Shown in pieces: positions 37,961 to 47,920 of a stretch of 64,000 nt of DNA. Source of the stretch: an uncultured Desulfuromonas sp. Lineage in GTDB: Bacteria; Desulfobacterota; Desulfuromonadia; Desulfuromonadales; Desulfuromonadaceae. The position numbers and the translations under genes are program-made. The stretch lies in assembly GCF_963678835.2 (NCBI RefSeq), contig NZ_CAXXCH010000002.1, positions 98,690 to 162,689 on the forward strand, given 5' to 3'. Within the stretch, counting starts at the first letter, position 1. Every line of letters begins with the position of its first letter. A model generated the notes under the pieces. That model searched no databases. It saw nothing but the letters and a program-made list of their open reading frames with translations, and was not told the DNA's origin.

Positions 37961-38064
37961 ATATCCAAAATTACCAAAGAGGGGGCGACGGCCGAACAGA
38001 ACGAAACCATTACCGTTTGTCGTCAGCAGGGGAAATAGTGCCTGCCCTGTTATAAGCTGTTTTT

Positions 38065-38808
38065 TTATGTGGACGCCTGTTGAAGGCGTTTCTCCAGGGC
38101 ATTGACCAGTTGATGGGATAGCAGGTTGATAAACGGCTGATGGTCACCGTTGTGCGCCGCACGGACGGCACTCAGGTACGCGTCACGTTGATCGGGGGGG
38201 ATCACAGCCATGGGGTAGCCACATTGCAACAAGGCCAGATTGAGCAGCAGGCGGGCGACGATGTCATTGGCGGTGGCGAACGGGTGGATGGCCATGCATT
38301 GGTTGTGCAGCCAGGCGGCATAAACCAGGGGGGCGCTTTGCTGACGTTGTTGTTCGCACTGACCGATCAGGGCGTTGACTGCTGCGGGGATTTCGGCTGG
38401 TGACGGTGGCATAAAGCTGGTTTCGCTGATCGTTACATGTTCTGAGCGAAATTTTCCGGCCAGCTCGGCATCAAGGCGGTAGCTGTACAGTTGATGCAGG
38501 GCGCAGATATGGGCTGACTCCAGGCCGTCAAGACGGGCCAGAAGATAGAGCATATTAAACGCTTCGCTGTGGCCGAGAATCTGCACGTGGTGACTGAGCG
38601 GTTTGCCGCCGATGGCGATATCTTCAGTAAGAATTCGGCGGGTTTCTTCAAGAGTAAGCTGATTGCCTGCCAGAGCTGTACTGCTCCAGGTCAAAGCCAG
38701 GCGATCCACTTCACGTTGGTGGCGTTGCTGTTGTACGGTTAACGGCGGCAGCAGGCGGCAGGCTTCGGCCAGTTTTGCAACCTGTAAACTTTTGTCAGAA
38801 TAAACCAT
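38065..38808 (-). CDS. Fic-fold protein with degenerate catalytic and inhibitory motifs
   Basis: 247 aa. HPFATANDIVAR occupies the position of HPFx(D/E)GNGRxxR. STALAGN occupies the position of the (S/T)xxxE(G/N) inhibitory motif. Confidence 0.65.
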   Translation of the reverse strand: MVYSDKSLQVAKLAEACRLLPPLTVQQQRHQREVDRLALTWSSTALAGNQLTLEETRRILTEDIAIGGKPLSHHVQILGHSEAFNMLYLLARLDGLESAHICALHQLYSYRLDAELAGKFRSEHVTISETSFMPPSPAEIPAAVNALIGQCEQQRQQSAPLVYAAWLHNQCMAIHPFATANDIVARLLLNLALLQCGYPMAVIPPDQRDAYLSAVRAAHNGDHQPFINLLSHQLVNALEKRLQQAST

Positions 38809-38963
38809 GGGACTCCCTGGTGAAGTGGAAAAGCACCCCCCAACAATAGCATGGAAACACTACGGTGATGGCGTGATCCTCTAAAAATGTAAGAAAAACA
38901 CTTTCGACTTTCGCTGAATCAGGTACTATTTTAATTTTCTGTGTCTATTCATGTGAGGGCTCT

Positions 38964-41900
38964 GTGGCGGAACAACGACGGATAATCACGCTGTTTTTGG
39001 TGATGATACTGGTAGCGGTAGGTGTTGGTGGTGCTACCATGTGGACGCTTTATCGTGTGGAAGTGGGCGATGAGGTCTCCCATCTGCGCTCTATTGCCTA
39101 TAGTCAGGCGCGTTTTATTGAACGGGCGGTTGACTTTGTCCTCCATGATGTCGATGGCGTCAACAAGGATCAGGCTCTGGACCTGATCCGTTCCTGTTAT
39201 CACGGTATGCTCAAAGATGACCAGCGTGGCGAATTTGTTATTGGCCGCCGTCATCTTGATGAAATTGAGTTTATTGTCCATCGCCAGGCTGCGAGTCTTT
39301 GCAAAGGGACAGTGATCCCATTTTCTTCCGGTCAAGCTGAGCCGATGCGGCGCGCATTGCTTGGTGAAAGTGGTGTGATGGAGTTCAGCGATTGCGATGG
39401 GGGGTTGTCGCTTGCCGCCTATGAACCGATCCATCGTCTTAACCTCGGGCTGGTGGTTAAAGTTGAACTGTCCAGCCTGAAGCAGCCCTTTTTAGACGCC
39501 ACCCCCTACCTGTCGTTAGTGGCTGGGGTGCTGGTGCTGACCGGTACCTTTCTGTTCTGGAAAATCACCCGTCCCCTTCTGCGCGAACTGGAAAACAAGG
39601 AGCTGCGTTACCGGACTCTGTTTGAAAACACAGCCGATGGCGTGTTTGTTGTTAAAGGGGGAACAATCCTTAAAACCAACGGCCAGGGCTGTCTGTTGCT
39701 CGACCACTGTGAGGATGATGTTGTCGGTCAGGAGGTGAGTTCCTTTGCTCCGGAATTTCAACCTGACGGGCGTAGTTCTTTATCGGTAGCGCGTCATTAT
39801 GCCGAAATAGCGATGCGTGAAGGAACACAGTTTTTTTCCTGGCAATATTTGCGTGGCGGCAATCTGCGTGAGGCGGACGTTGTGCTACAGCCGTTGCGGC
39901 TTGATGGCGATGATGTGGTTTTGGCCACCATGCGCGATGTCACTGATTTTCGTGAGGTGGAGCGTTCCTTGCGCGAACGCGAGCGCCATTATCGGGCGAT
40001 TTTTGAATTGGGCTCCAACGGTTTCATGCTCTACCGCAGAAATGGTCAGTTGGTGGATGCCAACCCGGCGGCCTGCCGCATGTATGGTTACGAACTGGAG
40101 GAGTTGCTCAGTTTGACCCTCAGCGAACGGATTCGTGCCGACGATTGTGCCAATTATCTGGATAGTGTCGCCCAGACCATCCGTTCGGATGAGGGCTGTC
40201 ATATGGAGCTACGCGGTATCCATCGCGACGGCAGCCTGATCCATTTTGATGTTTGTCTGGAATCGTTCTCCTGGCGGGGGGAGATCTTGTGCCTGACCAC
40301 GGTTGTGGATGTCACCGAACGGAAGAAGGCCGAACGTTCTGCCCAATGTGAAGAGATTCGGATGGAAGCGCTGCTCACGTTGCAGCAGATGCTCGAGTTT
40401 CCGGAAAAACAGGTGTGCCATTACATTCTCGGCCAGGCATTGCGTATTTGTGACAGCCATGGCGGTTTTTTGGCGGTGACAGGTGGCGGTTGTGCCGAGC
40501 TGACCATTAAGGCGAGCAATCTCAAGGACGGCAGTGACTGGTTTGAACGACAGATTGGTCTGCCGGATTGCCGCCAGCCGCAATTGTACAATCATCGCCT
40601 GCAGGAATGGTTGGATCGAGATCTGAACTATGATCGTTACCTGCAGGTGCCGCTACTGGAAAACGGTCATATTGTTGCCGTGATTGGTTTGCTTGACAAG
40701 GATGAACCGTACAGCGATTTTGATATCCGCCAGATGATGTTGTTGTTACAGGGAACCTGGCAGCGGCTGCAACGCAATCGCTCCATTCTGGCCATGCGTC
40801 AGGCCAAAGAGGAAGCCGAGGCTGCCAACCAGGCCAAGAGTGAGTTTCTGGCGGTGGTCAGCCATGAGATTCGTACGCCGATGACGGTGACCATCGCTGC
40901 TTTGCAACAGGTGTTGGAGTCGTCGCTGGATGATGAGCAGCGTCAATACCTGACCATGGCGAATGATGCGTCCGATTCGTTGTTAAGCTTGATCAACGAT
41001 ATTCTTGATTTTTCCAAAATCGAAGCAGAAAAGCTGGTGCTGGAGGAGTCACCGTTTAACTTGCGTGAATGTATTGAAAATGTGGTGGCGATTCTCGGTG
41101 TTAATGCCCGTCAGAAAGGATTACGCCTTGAGCTGGCCGACAATGCCTCGTTGCCCGATCTGTTGCTGGGCGATCAGCATCGGGTGCGACAGATCCTCGT
41201 CAACCTGGTGAGCAATGCGATTAAATTTACCGAACAGGGCCGAGTGTGTGTCAAGGTCGACGCTGAAGAGCAGGATGGCCATTACCTGATCCATGTGGCG
41301 GTGTGTGATACGGGCATCGGTATTGACGAGTCATTGCGTGAGCGGGTGTTTGAAAGCTTCAGCCAGGCGGACAGCTCGACGACGCGTAAATATGGCGGCA
41401 CCGGTCTGGGCCTGGCCATTTGTAAAGGATTGGTGGAGCAAATGGGGGGGACGATTGGCGTGGAGAGCTGTCAGGACGATACGCAGGGCAGTTGCTTCTA
41501 CTTTTTATTGCCGATGCGCGTTGCCGATGGTGCCTTGGTTGCACCGACGGACAGAGCGACACCGCGACCACCGGTCAAAAATTGTATGGGGCGTCGTGTG
41601 TTGTTGGTTGAAGATGATGATGCCACTGCGACCCTGATGAAAGTGCGGCTGCAGGAGTTCCATCTGTGTGTTGATCGGGTCAGTGACGGGCTGGCGGCCG
41701 TTGAACGCTGTCTGAAGCGGTCTTACGATCTGGTGTTGATGGATTACCACATGCCGCAGATGGATGGACTGACCGCCACCGAACAGATTCGCAATGCCGG
41801 AGTAACCGTCCCCATCGTCGGACTGACGGCCTTTTCCGATGGTCGCCAATGGGACGAATTTCAACAGGTGGGACTCAATGCCTGTCTGACCAAGCCGGTC

Positions 41901-41969
41901 AAAGTTGAACAGTTGCGTCAGTTGGTTGCGAAATTCCTCAATACGCACGATGGTGGGGAGAACCTATGA
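38964..41969 (+). CDS. Hybrid sensor histidine kinase / response regulator (extracytoplasmic domain, PAS x2, GAF-like, HisKA, HATPase, REC)
   Basis: 1001 aa with a GTG start. The H-box is [14 protein letters not shown]. The N and G boxes are [14 protein letters not shown] and GGTGLGLAI. The C-terminal REC domain is VLLVEDD...[14 protein letters not shown]...TKP. Confidence 0.85.
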   Translation: MAEQRRIITLFLVMILVAVGVGGATMWTLYRVEVGDEVSHLRSIAYSQARFIERAVDFVLHDVDGVNKDQALDLIRSCYHGMLKDDQRGEFVIGRRHLDEIEFIVHRQAASLCKGTVIPFSSGQAEPMRRALLGESGVMEFSDCDGGLSLAAYEPIHRLNLGLVVKVELSSLKQPFLDATPYLSLVAGVLVLTGTFLFWKITRPLLRELENKELRYRTLFENTADGVFVVKGGTILKTNGQGCLLLDHCEDDVVGQEVSSFAPEFQPDGRSSLSVARHYAEIAMREGTQFFSWQYLRGGNLREADVVLQPLRLDGDDVVLATMRDVTDFREVERSLRERERHYRAIFELGSNGFMLYRRNGQLVDANPAACRMYGYELEELLSLTLSERIRADDCANYLDSVAQTIRSDEGCHMELRGIHRDGSLIHFDVCLESFSWRGEILCLTTVVDVTERKKAERSAQCEEIRMEALLTLQQMLEFPEKQVCHYILGQALRICDSHGGFLAVTGGGCAELTIKASNLKDGSDWFERQIGLPDCRQPQLYNHRLQEWLDRDLNYDRYLQVPLLENGHIVAVIGLLDKDEPYSDFDIRQMMLLLQGTWQRLQRNRSILAMRQAKEEAEAANQAKSEFLAVVSHEIRTPMTVTIAALQQVLESSLDDEQRQYLTMANDASDSLLSLINDILDFSKIEAEKLVLEESPFNLRECIENVVAILGVNARQKGLRLELADNASLPDLLLGDQHRVRQILVNLVSNAIKFTEQGRVCVKVDAEEQDGHYLIHVAVCDTGIGIDESLRERVFESFSQADSSTTRKYGGTGLGLAICKGLVEQMGGTIGVESCQDDTQGSCFYFLLPMRVADGALVAPTDRATPRPPVKNCMGRRVLLVEDDDATATLMKVRLQEFHLCVDRVSDGLAAVERCLKRSYDLVLMDYHMPQMDGLTATEQIRNAGVTVPIVGLTAFSDGRQWDEFQQVGLNACLTKPVKVEQLRQLVAKFLNTHDGGENL

Positions 41970-43444
41970 GTGTGACGAAGCTGCTGCAACGCTGGTTGCC
42001 ACAGCGCTACGGCTACAATCTGGTTGTTGTCGGTGCCGGTGCCGCCGGACTCGTCAGCGCCTATCTGGCCGCTGCGGCCGGGGCGCGAGTGGCGCTGATT
42101 GAACAGGCACGCATGGGCGGTGATTGCCTCAATCGTGGCTGCGTGCCGAGCAAAGCACTGCTCCGCGCAGCTCATCTGGCCCAGCAGATGCGCCAGGCGG
42201 ACCGCTACGGCCTGCCGAGGCAAGACATCGAGGTCGATTTTGCCCAGGTTATGGAGCGGGTCCAACAGGCCATTCGTACAATTGAACCGCACGATTCCGT
42301 TGAACGTTACCAGGCGTTGGGAGTGGACTGTTTTCACGGCCAGGCGCGTCTGCTTTCCGGGCATGAGGTGGCGGTCGGTGATCGGGTGCTGACGACACGC
42401 AGGATCGTGTTGGCCACGGGGGCAACGCCTGTGGTTCCGGAGTTGCCGGGTTTGGACAGTGTTGACTATTATACCTCAGACACCATCTGGTCGTTGCGGC
42501 GGCAGCCGCGCCGTTTGATTGTCGTGGGAGGTGGCCCCATCGGTTGTGAATTGGCCCAGGCGTTCAACCGGCTTGGCAGTCAGGTGGTTCAGGTGGTGCA
42601 TGGCGAACGGTTGCTGAAGCGGGAGGATCGCGCCGTTTCCGAACTGGTTCAGCAGGTGTTCCATGGCGAAGGGGTTGAACTGTGTCTGAACCATGAGGGG
42701 CTGCAGGTGGCCAGCCAACAGGGCGAGATTGTTTTGACCTGCCGTGTTGGTGAAGAGACACGCACAATTCATGGTGATGCCCTGTTATTTGCCGTTGGCC
42801 GCCAACCGATGACACAGGGCCTGGGTCTTGATGCGCTGGAAGTGACTGTTGAACGACATGGCGCGTTGCAGGCCGATGGGATGTTACGCACCTCTGTGCC
42901 GAGCATTTATTGTGCCGGAGATGTGGTCGGACCGTATCAGTTTACCCACATGGCCGCCCATCAGGCGGCAACGGCCAGTATGAATGCGTTATTTGATCGT
43001 GTCTGGCGACGACGCGTTGATCAGAGCCTGGTGCCCTGGACCACTTTTGTCGATCCGGAAGTTGCGCGTGTCGGCGTCAACGAACAGGAGGCGCAGCGCC
43101 AGGGACTCGCTTATGAACTCAGCCGGTTTGATTACGGCGAACTGGATCGTGCGGTGACGGATGGTCATACGCGCGGCTGGATTCAGGTGTTGACCGTGCC
43201 CGGCAAAGACACCATCCTCGGTGTGACTATTGTCGGAGCTCATGCCGGTGATTGTCTGGCGGAATTTGTTCTGGCCATGAAAAACGGTCTCGGTCTGAAG
43301 AAAATTCTTGCCGCGATTCATGTTTATCCCACGTTGGCTGAAGGAAATAAACTGGTGGCGGGGGACTGGCAGCGCCGCCATCTTCCGGCTGCGCTCATGC
43401 CTTGGCTGAAGCGTTTTCATGGCTGGATGCGGAGAGTTTCGTGA
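41966..43444 (+). CDS. Class I pyridine-nucleotide-disulfide oxidoreductase (dihydrolipoamide dehydrogenase / mercuric-reductase-like)
   Basis: 492 aa. The FAD motif is VVGAGAAG. The redox-active disulfide is [13 protein letters not shown]. The NAD motif is VGGGPIG. The C-terminal dimerisation His-Pro-type motif is IHVYPTLAE. Confidence 0.85.
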   Translation: MSVTKLLQRWLPQRYGYNLVVVGAGAAGLVSAYLAAAAGARVALIEQARMGGDCLNRGCVPSKALLRAAHLAQQMRQADRYGLPRQDIEVDFAQVMERVQQAIRTIEPHDSVERYQALGVDCFHGQARLLSGHEVAVGDRVLTTRRIVLATGATPVVPELPGLDSVDYYTSDTIWSLRRQPRRLIVVGGGPIGCELAQAFNRLGSQVVQVVHGERLLKREDRAVSELVQQVFHGEGVELCLNHEGLQVASQQGEIVLTCRVGEETRTIHGDALLFAVGRQPMTQGLGLDALEVTVERHGALQADGMLRTSVPSIYCAGDVVGPYQFTHMAAHQAATASMNALFDRVWRRRVDQSLVPWTTFVDPEVARVGVNEQEAQRQGLAYELSRFDYGELDRAVTDGHTRGWIQVLTVPGKDTILGVTIVGAHAGDCLAEFVLAMKNGLGLKKILAAIHVYPTLAEGNKLVAGDWQRRHLPAALMPWLKRFHGWMRRVS

Positions 43445-44235
43445 CCCGTTGTTTTTTGATTGCGCTGTTGCTGATGTTCCCCTTAACGTCCCATGCCTTT
43501 GATCAGAGCCATGCGCAGTGGACCGACCAGTTGCAAAAATATGTGGTCTGGGTGCACAACGGGGTGGCCTCCAAAGTTAATTATGCGGCTTGGAAAAAAG
43601 ATCGTGGCAATTTAAACCGCTATCTGGAGCAGCTTTCCAATGTCAGCAAACAGGAGTACCAGCGCTGGTCTCGTGACCAACAGCTGGCCTTTCTTATCAA
43701 TGCCTACAACGCGTTTACCGTGGCCCTGGTGCTGAAAAATTATCCGGTAGATTCGATCAAAGAGATCGGGTTCTGGTTCCGTTCACCATGGAAACAGCGA
43801 TTTTTTACGCTGCTCGGTGAGGACCGTTCACTCGATGATATTGAGCACCGGATGATTCGCGGACGTAGCGGCTTTGACGAGCCAAGGATCCATTTTGCCC
43901 TGGTGTGTGCCTCGGTCGGCTGTCCGGCGTTGCCGAACGAGGCGTTTGTTGCCGTTGACCTTGACAAAAAACTTGATGAAGCGGTGTCCCGTTTTCTCTC
44001 GGACCGGCAACGCAATCGGTTTAATGTCACAACAGGACAGCTGGAGGTCTCGTCTATTTTCGATTGGTACGGCAACGATTTTATCGGTTTTCGCGGCAGT
44101 AAGACATTGCAAGATTTTTTTCGCCCTTATGCGCCACAGCTCAGTGGCGACCTGGTGGGGCAAAAACGGATTCGTGAGGGAACAGCCCCGTTGTCGTTTT
44201 TGCCGTATGACTGGACGCTTAATGATTATCGCTGA
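43441..44235 (+). CDS. DUF547 domain protein with signal peptide
   Basis: The GTG at 43441 has a GTGA overlap with the upstream stop. The leader is [18 protein letters not shown]. The block RIHFALVCASVGCPAL is characteristic of DUF547. Confidence 0.75.
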   Translation: MTRCFLIALLLMFPLTSHAFDQSHAQWTDQLQKYVVWVHNGVASKVNYAAWKKDRGNLNRYLEQLSNVSKQEYQRWSRDQQLAFLINAYNAFTVALVLKNYPVDSIKEIGFWFRSPWKQRFFTLLGEDRSLDDIEHRMIRGRSGFDEPRIHFALVCASVGCPALPNEAFVAVDLDKKLDEAVSRFLSDRQRNRFNVTTGQLEVSSIFDWYGNDFIGFRGSKTLQDFFRPYAPQLSGDLVGQKRIREGTAPLSFLPYDWTLNDYR

Positions 44236-44278
44236 CCGAGGCGATATTATTGCCCGGCACGACAGGTAAGAAAAAGTC

Positions 44279-44307
44279 TTTACAGCGTCGGCAATGCTGT
44301 GTACTAT
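44279..44307 (+). promoter_or_regulatory. Probable sigma70 promoter of tRNA-Ser(GGA)
   Basis: TTTACA, a 17-nt spacer, then TACTAT. The -10 hexamer ends 18 nt before the mature tRNA 5' end. Confidence 0.45.
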
Positions 44308-44325
44308 TTGCGCCTCATGTAATGC

Positions 44326-44415
<90 letters not shown>

Positions 44416-44576
44416 TACATGACAACGAAGCGGGCGAATCTTACCCTCTTCGTGAAGATTTTCATACAATTGAAGTCGCACGCAGGGCTTCAGAGTCGGT
44501 GCTGTTACAGCCCGTCGCCAAAGCGTAGTTCGGTCGGCAGGCCAATGCGCTGTTTTTGTTTGTAGGGTGGAATCCA

Positions 44577-44706
44577 TTGCCGTCAGAAGCGGCAGTCAGG
44601 TCCCGCGCAACGGACGGTCGTGAACCCCGTCAGGCCCGGAAGGGAGCAGCGGTAACGATTTAGTCGGTGTGCCGCGGGGGTGCCTGGCTGCCACTTGTGG
44701 CGGCAA
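44577..44706 (+). ncRNA. ffs: Signal recognition particle RNA (small bacterial 4.5S type; ends approximate)
   Basis: The domain IV core GUCAGGCCCGGAAGGGAGCAGC closely matches GUCAGGUCCGGAAGGAAGCAGC of E. coli 4.5S RNA. The terminal helix is TTGCCG.../...CGGCAA, followed by TTTTGTTTT. It occupies the classical position upstream of dnaX. Confidence 0.85.
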
Positions 44707-44879
44707 TTTTGTTTTGGTGTTACCCGTTCCGTTTGTTCCATGACGGATAGCCGTTGATTTTGCCGGTGATTCCCCGCATACTGAGGGCCCAGCGGTCGGT
44801 CCGCTCCGACAGTGCTGCACGGTCATTTTCTTTAACCTGAATCAGTGGATGGTTCCGGTTTAGCCCAAGGTTGCTCTTC

Positions 44880-46667
44880 ATGTCCTATCTGGTTATGGCG
44901 CGAAAGTGGCGTCCGCAAACATTTGCTGATCTGGTCGGTCAGGAACATGTCAGTCGTACATTGGCCAATGCGATTGCCAGTGGCCGTGTCCATCATGCCT
45001 TTCTGTTTACCGGAGCGCGTGGCGTCGGCAAAACCTCGGCGGCGCGGATTCTCGCTAAAGCGCTGAACTGCGAAAATGGACCGTCGGCGGAACCGTGCAA
45101 TCAGTGCCGGCATTGTGAAGAGATCTCCAGCGGTCACAGTGTCGATGTGTTTGAGATCGATGGCGCCTCCAATACCGGCGTTGATGATGTGCGTGAACTG
45201 CGAGAAACACTGCGCTACATGCCGTCACAGTGCCGCTATAAGATTTTCATCATTGACGAAGTGCACATGCTGTCGATCAATGCCTTTAATGCTCTACTTA
45301 AGACCCTCGAAGAACCTCCTGAGCACGTCAAATTCATCTTTGCCACCACGGAACCGCATAAAATTCCCGTCACTATTCTGTCGCGCTGCCAACGCTTTGA
45401 TTTTCGTAAAATTCCTGCGCCGAAGGTTGTGGCGCAATTGCGGCGTATTGTCGATGCCGAGAATATTACCATCTCTGATCGTGCCCTGGCCTTGATTGCC
45501 CAGCGCGGCGGCGGCAGCATGCGTGACAGTCTGTCCACCCTCGATCAGGTGGTGGCATTCTGTTCCGAGCAGGTGGCCGACGAAGATGTCCAGGGCTTGC
45601 TGGGTATGGTGGATCGTCGCTTGTTGTTTGATGCCTTGGAAGGGTGTATGCGTCAGGATTGCTCCATGGTGCTCAATGTGGTGCGGCGTGTTGATGATCT
45701 CGGACACTCTTTCCGACAGTTCTGCCAGGAGTTGGTTGAAACGGTGCGCCAGGCGATTCTCTGTTCTCTGGTTGAAAACCCTGAGGAAGATCTGGGGGTG
45801 TTTGGTGATGAGCTTCATGCTCTCAAGGCACTGAGCGCTCTGGCTGGCCAGGATGACTGGCAACGGTTGCTCAGCATGTTGATTAAGGTTGAAACGGAAC
45901 TGTCCGCCTCCTCTTTTCCGCGTCTGCTGGTCGAAATGGCCTTGGTGCGGGCGGCGAGTCTGCCACCGGCTAAAGATATTGCCGGTCTGATTCGTAAAGT
46001 GGAGGCCCTCGAAGGAGGCTATTCTTCGGGGACGATTCCGCGGCCGCAATCGGAGCAGGCACCGCCGGTATCAGCGATGATGCCAACGGATTCTGCTGCT
46101 CCTGTGTCGCCGGCTCCGGCCGCTGCCCCGCAACCAGCGCCCTCACCCGCTCCGTCGGCGTCGGTTGCTGTGGAACCGCAACCGGCTGCACCCGTTGTCG
46201 CTGAGGCGCCTGCACCGATGGCTGATCCGCCACCGGTCGCGACACGGCAGGGCGGAGCAGCTCCGAGCGATTGGTCGCAGTTGGTCGCTGGTGTTCGAGG
46301 GAAGTCGCCTTCGCTGGCGTCGCTGTTGGAATACGGTAGTCTGATGAAGATGGCGCTGCCGGAATTGGTGATCGGCTACCCCTCGTCGTCGTTTCATCTG
46401 CAACAGATGAATGATGTCGAATCCCGCGAGCGTCTGACACAGCTGGTGCGTGACTTATACGGGCTGGAGCTGGATCTGAAAATTCAGGCGCTGACCAATG
46501 ACGCTTCCGGGCCGCCGTCTCTGGTCGAAACGAAAAAAAAAAAGGAGAGTGACCGCGAGCGACGCTTGCGTGAAGACGCTCTGACCCACCCGACGGTGAA
46601 GAGGGCAATTGAAATATTTTCCGGTGATATTGAGTCGGTGACCCCGATTGATAAAGGTTTTGTTTAA
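44880..46667 (+). CDS. dnaX: DNA polymerase III subunits gamma/tau
   Basis: Trimmed to the ATG at 44880 (MSYLVMARKWRPQTF). Walker A is GARGVGKTS. The zinc module is CNQCRHC, and SRC is present. A Pro/Ala-rich linker and a C-terminal domain follow. Confidence 0.9.
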   Translation: MSYLVMARKWRPQTFADLVGQEHVSRTLANAIASGRVHHAFLFTGARGVGKTSAARILAKALNCENGPSAEPCNQCRHCEEISSGHSVDVFEIDGASNTGVDDVRELRETLRYMPSQCRYKIFIIDEVHMLSINAFNALLKTLEEPPEHVKFIFATTEPHKIPVTILSRCQRFDFRKIPAPKVVAQLRRIVDAENITISDRALALIAQRGGGSMRDSLSTLDQVVAFCSEQVADEDVQGLLGMVDRRLLFDALEGCMRQDCSMVLNVVRRVDDLGHSFRQFCQELVETVRQAILCSLVENPEEDLGVFGDELHALKALSALAGQDDWQRLLSMLIKVETELSASSFPRLLVEMALVRAASLPPAKDIAGLIRKVEALEGGYSSGTIPRPQSEQAPPVSAMMPTDSAAPVSPAPAAAPQPAPSPAPSASVAVEPQPAAPVVAEAPAPMADPPPVATRQGGAAPSDWSQLVAGVRGKSPSLASLLEYGSLMKMALPELVIGYPSSSFHLQQMNDVESRERLTQLVRDLYGLELDLKIQALTNDASGPPSLVETKKKKESDRERRLREDALTHPTVKRAIEIFSGDIESVTPIDKGFV

Positions 46668-46683
46668 CGTTTAAAAGGAGAGA

Positions 46684-47001
46684 ATGATGGCAAAAGGGTT
46701 AGGAAACATGATGAAGCAGGCCCAGCAGATGCAGCAGAAAATGGCGCGCATCCAGGAAGAGGTGGCCAAGCAGGAGATCGAAGCCAGCGCCGGTGGCGGA
46801 ATGGTTACCGTGGTGGTGAATGGCAAGCAGGAGATTTTGTCGATCAAGATTGATCCGAATGTTGTTGATCCTCAGGATGTTGATATGTTGCAGGATCTGA
46901 TTCTGGTGGCGACCAATGAAGCGGTTCGCAAAAGCCAGGATATCATGCAGCAGGAGATGTCGAAATTGACCGGCGGGATGAATATCCCCGGTCTGTTTTA
47001 A
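46684..47001 (+). CDS. ybaB: Nucleoid-associated protein YbaB/EbfC
   Basis: 105 aa. MMKQAQQMQQKM...GGGMVTVVVNG is typical of the family. Position is dnaX-ybaB-recR synteny. Confidence 0.9.
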   Translation: MMAKGLGNMMKQAQQMQQKMARIQEEVAKQEIEASAGGGMVTVVVNGKQEILSIKIDPNVVDPQDVDMLQDLILVATNEAVRKSQDIMQQEMSKLTGGMNIPGLF

Positions 47002-47028
47002 CGCCGTTCCATATGGATTTAAAACATC

Positions 47029-47069
47029 AGCCACTGTCGCGCCTTTAGCCGATAGTGGCTTTTGTTTTT
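47029..47069 (+). terminator. Possible intrinsic terminator between ybaB and recR
   Basis: AGCCACT-(18-nt loop)-AGTGGCT followed by TTTGTTTTTG. The loop is large, so confidence is moderate. Confidence 0.45.
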
Positions 47070-47224
47070 GTGTTTTCAGCGAGTTAATGTCGTGTTTACC
47101 GAAGGTATTTTCTTTGGCACACGATATGGTAAAATACGTTTTAAGTTTTATTTTTGCTGAAAAAAGTACACTTTCCTTAAAAAATAGAACGCTATTTTAA
47201 ATTGTTGGATTTTCTGAGGACTTC

Positions 47225-47824
47225 ATGCTAGACTCAATTCCCTCATTGAACCGATTGATCGTGGAGCTGGGAAAGTTCCCCGGTATCGGGCGTAAAACAG
47301 CAACCCGACTTGCTTTTCACGTGATGCAGCAGTCGGACGAGCAGTCACAGGCTCTGGTCGAAGCCATTCAGAATCTGAAACAGCGTGTTCAGTTTTGTTC
47401 GACCTGCTTTCATGTGACGGAGCAGGATCCCTGTGTGTTGTGCACCAGCACCAGTCGTGACGACAGCCTGCTGTGTGTGGTGGAGCAGCCGCAGGATCTG
47501 ATGGCCATAGAACGCGGCCACAGTTACCGCGGGCGTTACCATGTGCTGCATGGCGTGCTGTCACCGCTTGATGGTGTCGGCCCGGATGATTTGAAGATTG
47601 CCGAGCTGATTGAGCGGGTGCGGCAGGGAAACTTCAACGAGGTGATCGTCGCCACCAATTTCTCCATTGAGGGGGAAGCAACGGCTCTGTATTTGAGCCG
47701 ATTGTTGCAGCCGTTTGGGGTGCGGATCACACGGCTGGCTCATGGCATTCCTATGGGCAGCGATCTTGAGTATGTTGATGATGCGACTGTCGGGCGCGCG
47801 ATTGAAGGTCGTCGCGATTTGTAA
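47225..47824 (+). CDS. recR: Recombination protein RecR
   Basis: 199 aa. The helix-hairpin-helix is LPGIG-like (FPGIGRKTA). The zinc finger is C-x2-C...C-x2-C (CSTCFHVTEQDPCVLC). A Toprim domain is present. Confidence 0.95.
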   Translation: MLDSIPSLNRLIVELGKFPGIGRKTATRLAFHVMQQSDEQSQALVEAIQNLKQRVQFCSTCFHVTEQDPCVLCTSTSRDDSLLCVVEQPQDLMAIERGHSYRGRYHVLHGVLSPLDGVGPDDLKIAELIERVRQGNFNEVIVATNFSIEGEATALYLSRLLQPFGVRITRLAHGIPMGSDLEYVDDATVGRAIEGRRDL

Positions 47825-47920
47825 GGCAGTCGATTGCATGTGAAGTGATGAAGGACATATCTGGTTTGACGGATCAGCGTTGATCGTCGAAGTTTTTGAC
47901 ACCATTAAAAGGAGGAACAC

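Noticed and set aside
47100-47224. TGGCAC at about 47117 as a sigma54 promoter for recR.
   Set aside because: The required GC element 5 nt downstream (TTGC) is absent; the sequence reads ATGGT. No enhancer-binding-protein context is present.
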